Source of the DNA: Macrostomum hystrix
Taxonomy: Eukaryota; Animalia; Platyhelminthes
Direction: 5' to 3'
Assembly: GCA_950097015.1 (NCBI GenBank)
Contig: CATNEN010000039.1
Span: 10,602,001-10,666,000, forward strand
DNA: 64,000 bases
The notes below the pieces were generated by a model that saw nothing but the letters and a program-made list of their open reading frames with translations, was not told where the DNA came from and ran no database searches. The position numbers and the translations under genes are program-made. The first letter of the stretch is position 1, and every line of letters starts with the position of its first letter. Positions 23,267-35,093 of the stretch are shown here, piece by piece.

Positions 23267-26200
23267 TCAAAAATCTGGCAGCGGGTTGATTGGCCGACGC
23301 GACGGCTCTGGCTTGGGGTGGGTCGGCGGCTCAGCGGGCGGCTGCGGCGCGCGTTGAATGTCCCGCAGCTGGTCGGCGGAGTCGCGGCCAGGCCGCTTCT
23401 GATCGCGCGCAGCAGGCGGCTGGTGAACAGCGGGACTGGAAGCTCCGGGAGCTTCGGCGCGCCACAGAAGAGATTCGCCGACATTCAACAGAGCGGCCAG
23501 CCGTTTGCCAGTCTCAACAGCGTCCGGAGCCTCCTCAGCGGCGGCGGCGGCGCTGCCGTGACGCTCCTGAAGGCGACGTTCGAATTCGCCGAGCATCCGG
23601 CCGCTGGCGGAGGCGTCGCCGGCGTTGTACAGGTAGACAGCGTAGTTTAGCGCGACCAGCGGGTCCAGGGATCTGCGGATTAAAAAATGGGATAAATTTT
23701 TTTATTACCGTTAACTGATCTTAGCTCACCGATAATCCTCAAACTGATCCCAGCTCACTGATAATCCTCAAACTGATCCCAGCTCACTGATAATCCTCAA
23801 ACTGATCCCAGCTCACTGATAATCCTCAAACTGATCCCAGCTCACTGATAATCCTCAAACTGATCCCAGCTCACTGATAATCCTCAAACTGATCCCAGCT
23901 CACCGATAATCCTCAAACTGATCTCAGCTCACCGATAATCCTCAAACTGATCCCAGCTCACTGATAATCCTCAAACTGATCCCAGCTCACTGAAAATCCT
24001 CAAACTGATCCCAGCTCACCGATAATCCTAAAATTGATCTCAGCTCACCGATAATCCTCAAACTGATCCCAGCTCACCGATAATCCTCAAACTGGTCCCA
24101 GCTCACTGATAATCCTCAAACTGATCCCAGCTCACTGATAATCCTCAAACTGATCCCAGCTCAATGATAATCCTCAAACTCGAATTCAAAACTTATATCC
24201 TACCTGGCTCCAGCCTCCTTCTCAACTTTGAGCGCCTCATCGTAGGCCAGCCGACAATTATCAGCGTCGTCCAGGTGACTTAGCGCAACGCCTAGCAGCA
24301 TGTACAGGGCTGGCATCTTTGGTCGCAGCTGGATAGCAGCAGTTAGGAAGTGGAAGGCGCTGGCGTATTGCTCAGTGTAGAGGTGCACCAGGCCAAGATT
24401 GTACTGCACCTTCCATTCGAATGGGCTCAGGTAGGCGGCCCGCTTCAGGCAGGTGATGGCGGCGACAAATTTGCGCTTGCCAAAGAATGCCATGCCGACA
24501 TTGTTCCAAACGGCGGCGCTCTCCGGCGCGTTGCTGGCAGCCACCTGCGGGTTTTGCGAAAGTTAATTACTGAGCAGCCTGGATGAGTAGCGGTTAGACT
24601 GATAGCTGATAAAATGGCAGGGTGAATGACGGGTAAAATGGCGGGTAAAATGACAGGGTGAATGACGGGTAAAATGGCAGGGTGAATGGCGGGTAAAATG
24701 GCAGGGTGAATGGCGGGTAAAATGGCAGGGTGAATGGCGGGTAAAATGACAGGGTGAATGACGGGTAAAATGGCACTTTGAATGGCGGGTAAAATGACAG
24801 GGTGAATGACGGGTAAAATGGCGGTAAAATGGCACTTTGAATGGCGGGTAAAATGACAGGGTGAATGGCGGGTAAAATGGCAGGGTGAATGGCGGGTAAA
24901 ATGGCAGGGTGAATGGCGGGTAAAATGACAGGGTGAATGACGGGTAAAATGGCGGTAAAATGGCACTTTGAATGGCGGGTAAAATGGCACTTTGAATGGC
25001 GGGTAACCCTGTAAAAAATTAGGCTGGTTCTTCGGCGGGTTTTTTGTGCAAAATAGGTGTGGAATCTACCAAAATCCCCCCTATCTCGCAAGAGTTCAAG
25101 AAACCACCCAGGAAGCAGCTGATGTAACCGTAAATTGTGCGGAAACCACCGAAAAATCACCCGAACCAGTGGCCCATGGGACAACCAGAGAATTATTTAC
25201 GGGCGATTCCTCGGCGGTTTCTGAGCATGGAATCTTCCGAACTGGAGGATTCTTTGGGTGATTCCATTTCGCCACCGAGAAGCACCGAGAAAACGCCCAG
25301 TTGGGTAGATTCTAAGCATGGAATCATCCGATTGGTATGTTTCCAGCGTTCGGCTGTTTCTTTTTCTGGAAACACCGCAGATTCCAACTGGAATCACCCA
25401 AAGAAACATCCCTATTTTTTAGCGGGATGGCGGGTAAATGGCACTGAATGGCATAGAGGGAATTGTATGATGACTGCTATCAGCCTTACCCTGTACTTGG
25501 TGAGGGCCACATCGTAGTCTCCGTGAGCCTGCATGATGGAGCCAGCTGCCAATATGGCCTTAGTGTGCTCAGGATCATAGGTCAGGGCGTTGCCCAGGTG
25601 TTCGAAGGCCTTCTGATACTGATTGCACTGCATGTAGAGCAGGCCAAGGGTGGACAGAAGGTCGGGATTCTCCGGCGCCAGCTCTACGGCTCTGCGAAGG
25701 CGCGAATTGCTACTTGCATGAAAGCAAAAAATTAACGCTACTCATAGTAGCGAGTGTGAAAATTGTTGTTTTAAAAACATTTACCTGCGAAATACCTCCA
25801 GCGCGTGCTGCAAGTCATTCTCAATGATGTGTATCTTGCCCAGCTGCACCAGTGTGCTCTCGTGAGGCCGCAGGCTGGCAGCTCGCTTCAGGTGCTCCTT
25901 GGCCTGGGAGAAGTCGCGCATGTGCATGCAGCAGACGCCAAGATTATGTGCGACTTCCCAATCTTCCGGGGCCTGCTTGGAGGCGTCCTGCGAGGTAGCG
26001 AGATTTGGTAGGATAACAATGCATTTGAATAGAGTAATGTCATATGAGATAAAAGTACATTTAGTTACGACAGAATAATAATGGGGGTACATCTGAATGC
26101 GAAAGACTAATATAGGATAAAAGTACATCCTATCCTATCCTATCCTATAAAAGTACATCCTATGAATACGACAGACCAATATTTGAAAAAAACGTCTGTA

Positions 26201-27740
26201 TTTATCTGTGTGAACAGATATATACGATAGACTAATCAGATAAAAGTACAACCTAGACACAAAATACTTACATTGAATAAAAGTACAACCTGAATGCGAA
26301 AGACTATTAGTGGACAAAGTACATCGCAAATGCAACAATCACAAAGTACAAAAGTACATTTTAATATGCTAATTATTTATTACGGTAATACCATTTAGGG
26401 AAAATGGTGTAATCTCATTTGGAATAAAAGTACATTTCATTAGATTTCCCAATCTGATTAGAACTTTAGGTTAGTAGCGTTGTTTTGTTTCAAGAACGAC
26501 TCAAAACGCATATGCAAGGCATTTTCTAGTTAGCTGTTGTCTCAAATCTTTGAGTCTGTGAGCATACAGAATATTAAGAAGATTTCCTCACCTGAAAGAC
26601 GCCAGCAGCTGCTCGGTGCCGGCCCAACAGAAAAAGCGACCGAGCCACCTGTTTAAGATTGTTGACAGACGCCGGATTGAGTAGGGCGCATTGCTGAAAA
26701 GCGTCCATGCTCTCCTGGATGCGACCTCTTTGGCGCAGAATTAGGCCCTGAACGTAGCTGCCAGGGGAGGGGGCGATTTCTCGAGGTGAAATTAGAATAA
26801 AAATAGCTGAATTAAAAACGAATATAAACAAAAAATTGGTGGAATGCCCATTGATTGCAGGACGAATGAAATGTACAATAAGCGTGAGGTGGATGAAAGG
26901 TACAATATTGGCGTGAGGTGGATGAAATGCAGTATATTAGCGTGAGGTGGATTAAATGTACAGAATTGGCGTGAGGTGGATGAAATGTACAGTATTGGCG
27001 TGAGGTGGATGAAATGTACATTATTGGCGTGAGGTGGATGAAATGTACAGTATTGGCGTGAGGTGGATGAAATGTACAGTATTGGCGTGAGGTGGATGAA
27101 ATGTACAGTATTGGCGTGAGGTGGATGAAATGTACAGTATTGGCGTGAGGTGGATGAAATGTACAGTATTGGCGTGAGGTGGATGAAATGTACAGTATTG
27201 GCGTGAGGTGGATGAAATGTACAGAATTGGCGTGAGGTGGATGAAATGTACAGTATTGGCGTGAGGTGGATGAAATGTACAGTATTGGCGTGAGGTGGAT
27301 GAAAAGTACAGTATTGGTGTGAGGTGGATGAAATGTACAGTACTATAGTATCAGCGTTGTTGGATGAAATGTATACTACTCGGGAGGAGCGTACAGGAAG
27401 TGAGAGTGTCTACTCACAGAGCATACTCGCACAGGTTGCCACTCTCAACCAGCTGCTCTTTGATCAGGCGCATGCAAGAGTCGAATTCGCCGCGCACATA
27501 GTGCATGTGAATCAGCCAATTGCTGCGCTCAACCTGCGGCAGTTCCGGCGGCTTGCGCCCCTGCGGCCCGCCAGCTTGGGACTTCGGGGGGCCGCCGCTG
27601 CCACCACCGCTAGGATCCTTTGAAGATGGCGGCGGCGGCGGCTGCTGCGCTGACGCGCCCGACCCAACAACGCCGCCATTTTGATCGTCGCTACGAACAT
27701 TACTAGCTCGTCCGCCAGGGGATTTAGCTTTGCTAGACAT
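23267..27740 (-). CDS. BBS4: Bardet-Biedl syndrome 4 (BBSome TPR subunit); exons 27740-27418, 26757-26592, 25987-25785, 25691-25490, 24544-24204, 23672-23267
   Basis: [12 protein letters not shown]...IKEQL....LCEYAL|[74 protein letters not shown]. All introns GT-AG with consistent phase. Confidence 0.95.
23715..24180. repeat. 29-bp minisatellite, BBS4 intron 5
   Basis: Unit AAACTGATCCCAGCTCACTGATAATCCTC. Confidence 0.95.
24610..25005. repeat. 24-bp minisatellite, BBS4 intron 4
   Basis: Unit GGTAAAATGGCAGGGTGAATGGCG. Confidence 0.9.
25007..25426. mobile_element. MITE family B (~420 bp) in BBS4 intron 4
   Basis: Imperfect TIRs CCCTGTAAAAAATTAGG / CCCTATTTTTTAGCGGG; inverted, truncated second copy at 59344-59677; interrupts the 24-bp satellite. 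Confidence 0.75.
26860..27375. repeat. 29-bp minisatellite, BBS4 intron 1
   Basis: Unit GGCGTGAGGTGGATGAAATGTACAGTATT. Confidence 0.95.
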
Positions 27741-28043
27741 TGTCCGCGGGGTTTTTTTATTTCTATTCTTTAAACAAATCGTGGATCGCTGCTGCACGCG
27801 AAAGATTCCTGGAATTTAAGACGATTCCTGTGACGATTCCTGCTAGGATACGAAGCCTACAATGTACGAGCGCCCGTAAGTTAAAATCAAGAAAGAATAA
27901 ACACACAGCACTGTGGCAGTTGTTAAAATGCAAAATAATCTAATTTATTGAAACTAACACAACAAAGTCTGGCAGAAACCAGATGCAAATATTGTAAGGT
28001 TAAAAATTAATTAATAAAAATATTAGTTTAGACTGGAAAATTT

Positions 28044-28451
28044 TCAAGGCTCAGGTTTGCGACCCTTGAGCAAGCCGGATTTGCCTTTGTCGCCCTGGAA
28101 ATAGCGGTCCATTTTAGCCACAAGGGTCTCAGGCCAGCCGGTGAATGCCAGTAGTGTACAAGAGAGCAGGGTGACAATAATCAGCTTGGAAATCCAGTCC
28201 ATGGAGTGCCGTTCGAAATCATAGAAATCATTGTAGCGCAATTTCGGCGGTTGCGGCTGCGACTCAATCGGGCGCTGCTGCTGCTGCAGTGTCGCATTGT
28301 CTAGCCTGGCCTGCCTGCTCTCCAAGCCGGATGTTGAGAGGTACTGTCTATGGTAGAGACCTGGTCTAACCAACGAGAGGCCACTTCTGAAGAGGCGGCA
28401 ACTATTCAATTTTAGTTGATTGGCTGATATTGCTGACATTGTTTGAACCAT
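28044..28451 (-). CDS. Small uncharacterised protein, probable mitochondrial single-pass membrane protein
   Basis: Arg/Ser/Leu-rich, acid-free N-terminus; one hydrophobic stretch (WISKLIIVTLLSCTLLAFTGW); basic tail; strong acceptor TTTTTTTCAG 8 nt before the ATG; AATAAA at ~27945. Confidence 0.65.
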   Translation of the reverse strand: MVQTMSAISANQLKLNSCRLFRSGLSLVRPGLYHRQYLSTSGLESRQARLDNATLQQQQRPIESQPQPPKLRYNDFYDFERHSMDWISKLIIVTLLSCTLLAFTGWPETLVAKMDRYFQGDKGKSGLLKGRKPEP

Positions 28452-28489
28452 AGGAAAACCTGAAAAAAAGTAATATATTTTTATTTTTC

Positions 28490-31400
28490 ATTAGTGACAT
28501 CCTAAGGGTCTCATTAGTGACATCCTAAGGGTCTCATTAGTGACATCCTGAGTGTCTCATTAGTGACATCCTGAGTGTCTTATTAGTGACATCCTGAGTG
28601 TCTTATTAGTGACATCCTGAGTGTCTCATTAGTGACATCCTGAGTGTCTAATCAGTGACATCCTGAGTGTCTAATCAGTGACATCCTGAGTGTCTAATCA
28701 GTGACATCCTGAGTGTCTAATCAGTGGCATCCTGAGTGTCTAATCAGTGACATCCTGAGTGTCTAATCAGTGGCATCCTGAGTGTCTAATCAGTGGCATC
28801 CTGAGGGTCTAATTAGTGACATCCTGAGTGTCTAATCAGTGACATCCTGAGTGTCTAATCAGTGACATCCTGAGTGTCTAATCAGTGACATCCTGAGTGT
28901 CTAATCAGTGGCATCCTGAGTGTCTAATCAGTGACATCCTGAGTGTCTAATCAGTGGCATCCTGAGTGTCTAATCAGTGGCATCCTGAGTGTCTCATTAG
29001 TGACATCCTGAGTGTCTTATTAGTGACATCCTGAGTGTCTAATCAGTGGCATCCTGAGTGTCTAATCAGTGGCATCCTGAGTGTCTCATTAGTGACATCC
29101 TGAGTGTCTAATCAGTGACATCCTGAGTGTCTAATCAGTGGCATCCTGAGTGTCTAATCAGTGACATCCTGAGGGTCTAATTAGTGACATCCTGAGTGTC
29201 TAATCAGTGACATCCTGAGGGTCTAATTAGTGACATCCTGAGTGTCTAATCAGTGACATCCTGAGGGTCTAATTAGTGACATCCTGAGGGTCTCATTAGT
29301 GGCATCCTGAGTGTCTCATTAGTGACATCCTGAGTGTCTTATTAGTGACATCCTGAGTGTCTAATCAGTGGCATCCTGAGTGTCTAATCAGTGGCATCCT
29401 GAGTGTCTCATTAGTGACATCCTGAGTGTCTAATCAGTGACATCCTGAGTGTCTAATCAGTGGCATCCTGAGTGTCTCATTAGTGACATCCTGAGTGTCT
29501 TATTAGTGACATCCTGAGTGTCTAATCAGTGACATCCTGAGGGTCTAATCAGTGGCATCCTGAGGGTCTAATCAGTGGCATCCTGAGTGTCTAATCAGTG
29601 ACATCCTGAGTGTCTAATCAGTGGCATCCTGAGTGTCTAATCAGTGGCATCCTGAGTGTCTAATCAGTAGCATCCTGAGTGTCTAATCAGTGGCATCCTG
29701 AGTGTCTCATTAGTGACATCCTGAGTGTCTAATCAGTGACATCCTGAGTGTCTCATTAGTGAAATCCTGAGTGTCTAATCAGTGACATCCTGAGTGTCTA
29801 ATCAGTGACATCCTGAGTGTCTAATCAGTGACATCCTGAGGGTCTAATTAGTGACATCCTGAGTGTCTAATCAGTGACATCCTGAGGGTCTAATTAGTGA
29901 CATCCTGAGGGTCTCATTAGTGGCATCCTGAGGGTCTCACTAGTGACATCCTGAGGGTCTCATTAGTGACATCCTGAGTGTCTAATCAGTGACATCCTGA
30001 GGGTCTAATCAGTGGCATCCTGAGGGTCTAATCAGTGGCATCCTGAGTGTCTAATCAGTGACATCCTGAGTGTCTAATCAGTGGCATCCTGAGTGTCTAA
30101 TCAGTGGCATCCTGAGTGTCTAATCAGTAGCATCCTGAGTGTCTAATCAGTGGCATCCTGAGTGTCTTATTAGTGACATCCTGAGTGTCTAATCAGTGAC
30201 ATCCTGAGGGTCTAATCAGTGGCATCCTGAGGGTCTAATCAGTGGCATCCTGAGTGTCTAATCAGTGACATCCTGAGTGTCTAATCAGTGGCATCCTGAG
30301 TGTCTAATCAGTGGCATCCTGAGTGTCTAATCAGTAGCATCCTGAGTGTCTAATCAGTGGCATCCTGAGTGTCTCATTAGTGACATCCTGAGTGTCTAAT
30401 CAGCGACATCCTGAGTGTCTCATTAGTGAAATCCTGAGTGTCTAATCAGTGACATCCTGAGTGTCTAATCAGTGACATCCTGAGTGTCTAATCAGTGACA
30501 TCCTGAGTGTCTCATTAGTGACATCCTGATTGTCTAATCAGTGACATCCTGAGTGTCTAATCAGTGACATCCTGAGGGTCTAATTAGTGACATCCTGAGT
30601 GTCTAATCAGTGACATCCTGAGGGTCTAATTAGTGACATCCTGAGTGTCTAATCAGTGACATCCTGAGGGTCTAATTAGTGACATCCTGAGGGTCTCATT
30701 AGTGGCATCCTGAGTGTCTCATTAGTGACATCCTGAGTGTCTTATTAGTGACATCCTGAGTGTCTAATCAGTGGCATCCTGAGTGTCTAATCAGTGGCAT
30801 CCTGAGTGTCTCATTAGTGACATCCTGAGTGTCTAATCAGTGACATCCTGAGTGTCTAATCAGTGGCATCCTGAGTGTCTCATTAGTGACATCCTGAGTG
30901 TCTTATTAGTGACATCCTGAGTGTCTAATCAGTGACATCCTGAGGGTCTAATCAGTGGCATCCTGAGGGTCTAATCAGTGGCATCCTGAGTGTCTAATCA
31001 GTGACATCCTGAGTGTCTAATCAGTGGCATCCTGAGTGTCTAATCAGTGGCATCCTGAGTGTCTAATCAGTAGCATCCTGAGTGTCTAATCAGTGGCATC
31101 CTGAGTGTCTCATTAGTGACATCCTGAGTGTCTAATCAGTGACATCCTGAGTGTCTCATTAGTGAAATCCTGAGTGTCTAATCAGTGACATCCTGAGTGT
31201 CTAATCAGTGACATCCTGAGTGTCTAATCAGTGACATCCTGAGTGTCTCATTAGTGACATCCTGATTGTCTAATCAGTGACATCCTGAGTGTCTAATCAG
31301 TGACATCCTGAGGGTCTAATTAGTGACATCCTGAGTGTCTAATCAGTGACATCCTGAGGGTCTAATTAGTGACATCCTGAGGGTCTCATTAGTGGCATCC

Positions 31401-31978
31401 TGAGGGTCTCACTAGTGACATCCTGAGGGTCTCATTAGTGACATCCTGAGTGTCTAATCAGTGACATCCTGAGGGTCTCATTAGTGACATCCTGAGTGTC
31501 TCATTAGTGACATCCTGAGTGTCTAATCAGTGGCATCCTGAGTGTCTAATCAGTGGCATCCTGAGTGTCTAATCAGTGACATCCTGAGTGTCTAATCAGT
31601 GGCATCCTGAGGGTCTCATTAGTGACATCCTGAGTGTCTAATCAGTGGCATCCTGAGTGTCTAATCAGTGGCATCCTGAGGGTCTAATCAGTGGCATCCT
31701 GAGGGTCTCATTAGTGGCATCCTGAGGGTCTCACTAGTGACATCCTGAGGGTCTCATTAGTGACATCCTGAGTGTCTAATCAGTGACATCCTGAGGGTCT
31801 CATTAGTGACATCCTGAGTGTCTCATTAGTGACATCCTGAGGGTCTTATTAGTGACATCCTGAGTGTCTAATCAGTGGCATCCTGAGGGTCTCATTAGTG
31901 ACATCCTGAGGGTCTCATTAGTGACATCCTGAGGGTCTCATTAGTGACATTCTGAGGGTCTCATTAGTGGCATCCTAA
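28490..31978. repeat. 23-bp satellite (AGTGACATCCTGAGTGTCTAATC), ~150 copies with higher-order duplications
   Basis: Tandem repeats; rare variants recur at 1403-bp (61 unit) and 736-bp (32 unit) spacing. Confidence 0.95.
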
Positions 31979-32331
31979 ATGTATCATTTGAGTCATTCTA
32001 AATTTCCCAAAAAGTTTGAATCAGTCAAGAAAATGTGAAAGTTGATTCACAAGTGGCTCACAAAAACTCACCAGATGTAGCAAAATAAGATCAACAAAAA
32101 TATATATTGGCCTTGTATGTCAATTTTTAACTGTACCAAAAAGCAACACCGCAGGAACAGGTGTGTAATGTCACCGCTCAGACCAAAACTAGCTCGTATA
32201 TGACGCGATGGAAGATTTTCATAAAAATGCATCATAAAATTTTCAATTCTTTCCAGTCTTGCTTTTGTTGTCGATTGCAACAATTTATATAGAAATGCCC
32301 TAGGTACGATTTCCATTTCAAAATGTGTCGA

Positions 32332-34273
32332 CTAGAACTTGTCTTTACAATCTGCGGCCTGACGGCTAGCTGTGGTCTCATCCGAGTCGTATCTGATTGC
32401 CAAACCGCTGCGGCCCTGCTCCAGACGCGCCACAGGCGTGGCCCCCAGCTGCGGGTCGAGGCCCCTCCAGCTGCGATTGGTCAGGAACTCGGAGGCTGGC
32501 AGTGCCACCTGCAGATTGCCGTTGCGTAGAACCAGCTGCGAAATGGAGGGCGCAGTTTAGGTCCCATATTAGGGGATAAGTTATCCAACTCCGCTGGACA
32601 ATGTTTGGGATTAGGAAAGAAAGGATAATCACCATCCACTGGGGATTAGGAGACAAGAAGATAATCACCATTCAAGGGGATTAGAAAGATAATCACAACT
32701 AATCCACAATTTAAGGGGATTAGGAGACAGGGGATAATTATTATCTAAGGGGATTAGGAGACAAGGGGATAATCATTATCCAAGGGGATTAGGAGACGGG
32801 GCGGGGATGAAGACTCCCAAAGGAGATTAGCAGATAAGGTGAATCCGCACGTGATTAGGCGATGAGGGATATTTGTCACATAGGATTAAAGATTCAAAAT
32901 CCCACATTAGAGGGGTCAAGAACCAACAAAATTCAGCCTCTACAAACCTGTCCCTTTTTGTCGCCGTCGCCCTCAGACTCCGCCGTTGGTATCGGGGGCT
33001 GGACAAAACTCCGGCCGCCGGGCAGACAGTCGGCAAAGTCCACACAATAGGCGTACTCGAATTCTCTATTAGGATTAAGCGCCCGTTCCAGTTCGACCAT
33101 AGACAGCAGCGGCTGGAAATAGTCCCTGGAGTCGAGCAGGGCGCGCAGGTAGCAACCGATGAGGGCGAAGGCGTCAATGTCGGCATAGTTAGCCAGCTTG
33201 GCCGGGTTAATGCGGCCTACGCTGACAATGTAGGGCAATCGGCCAGCGGAATGGACAAGCTTCAACGCGTAGTCTAGCGAAGGCGTCAGCGATTCGACGC
33301 AGCCGCAGAGAAGCAGGCCCACACGGCGGGCCTCCTTGGCTTTACTGCTTAACAGGAGGCGCCGTTTGAAGCGTCGATCAGTGTCGATCCGGTCGACGCT
33401 GGACACTGAGTAAGCCTTAGAGTCTGGCGCAGTCTGACAGACGCACTGATAGACTGGACCGATATTTAGGAAGGCCAGACCGACGGCAACGCCTAGCAAC
33501 GAATCGGCGTCCGTAGTAACGTGAATCACGTACCTATTACGGTTTCGATTTTCGTCTTTAGGAAAGAAATCTTCTGGCACCCAGCGACCGCATAGAAACC
33601 GAGCAGAAGAGCGATCAGATTCGCTAGCCAGGGGACCTGGCGTTGCCAGGTGCACATCGAAGCCCTTCGGTAGCCTAGCAACCAGGCAGTCGCGAGTAGC
33701 GGTCAAAACTGAAGCGTGTAGAGCGCCTGGCGCGATTAGCAACAGGCTGCCAGGCTCGTCGCCGCGGTCTTGGCCATAGACACTAGCCAGAATGGCACCA
33801 GCCAGTTGCTGGGCCGAATTCTCGGCTGCGTCCTTGCCAACGGAGCCCAAGACGTAGTGCACTGGCAGGTGCGGGCACCGGCTGAAACAGGCGTCGCCGT
33901 AGTGGATTACGGCTGCGCAGCCGCAGTGGGCGGCGGTGACGCAATCCACGCAGCAGCTGTCCGTGTCAGCCAGCAGACGCAGCTGCACAGATTTAGCCTG
34001 ACTGGCGTCGGCTTCACTCGACGCATTTAAATCCGTGAGTAGACTGCTCAACTTTTCCACTAGACGCCTGGCGCAGTGAAACAGCGGCGATGGCAGCTGT
34101 AGGCCGACAACAAGCGACTCAGAGTTGCCAGATTGTTGGCGCTGCAGTTGGCGCAGAAATTCAACAGTGCCGGACAGGTCGAAGTAGGCGTCAAATTCGT
34201 CTGGCGACACCGGCTCTGGCTGGACGTCCAGCACGTTGGCTAGGACTTTGCTATCTTCCCCGGTAATTGCAGA
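32332..34273 (-). CDS. DPH2: Diphthamide biosynthesis protein 2; exons 34273-32948, 32535-32332
   Basis: VGLQLP, LLADT.SCCVD..TA.H....AVIHYGDACFS, VGRINPAKLANYADIDAFALIGC, C-terminal EFLTNRSWRGLDPQLG...GRSGLAIRYD (DPH2-type tail). No ATG in the first exon's N-terminus. Confidence 0.9.
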
Positions 34274-35093
34274 CTGGAATGTAGGGAAACAGTTTTAGCT
34301 GTGGATCTGTGCCAGGTGCTAAGCCCGAAATTAATGAGGCCTCGCTACGGAACCGACCCCTACTTACCCCTCTCGACACATTATTTGTGTGGCCCTCTAT
34401 AGGGCCGTTTTAACAAGCTGATTCGGTTGGTCATTCATTTCGTCATGTGGGTACTATATGATTGACTCTTTGTGGTCAATTCCTGTTAAAAGTACTAACA
34501 ATAGCACTAACAATAGTAGCACACAGGCGCAAGAAAAAAACTAGCAATGAACATTTTACTTTTATTTTTTAGATAAAATACAATACAATATAAACTTATT
34601 TATTAAACAAAAATAACGGAATACTAGCATACAGATGAGGAAAGGCTAGTTATAAACATAATAAAGCACTGGGTTTGCATCAATTTTACAAAATAATTTA
34701 AACTGACTTACGAAATTCGCGATCATTTCTATAAATTTCTTTTGAAAGTCAATAACTAGGCCTACTATGTAACGTAGACGATGTACTCTCGGTTTTGTTA
34801 GAACTGTTGCTATTTTTAGAAAATCCATCCTGTGGAATTTCCGCGGCTTTTCCATGCGGTGGAACACGGTTTTGTTACGGAAAATCCAGCTACAGAGTGC
34901 ACTTAATTACTTATGCTTACTCACATATTGTTTGTTTAACAGTATTTTTTTCTATACAATTAGTGCAATATTAAAGTGCGACAAGTCTGCAGCGTGACAA
35001 GCATTGAAACAGAGATTTCCCAGAAAACTATTTTAAGCGATTCGGGGAGGAAAAGCACGGCTGTAGGTATTTTATAGAGTAACAATCGGTTAG

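Noticed and set aside
19030-31978. CRISPR-like appearance of regular 20-36-bp repeats
   Set aside because: No unique spacers and no cas genes; the context is eukaryotic and intron-containing.
32068-32316. 82-aa ORF downstream of DPH2
   Set aside because: AT-rich, no recognisable homology; its stop lies within a GTGAGT donor; better explained as UTR or intercistronic sequence.
34368-34381. 14-nt ATG-containing mini-exon (ATGTGTCGAGAGGG|GTAAGT) as the DPH2 first exon
   Set aside because: It is phase 2 while the strong acceptor is phase 0, and would need a weak, purine-rich GATAG acceptor further in. Disfavoured but not fully excluded.
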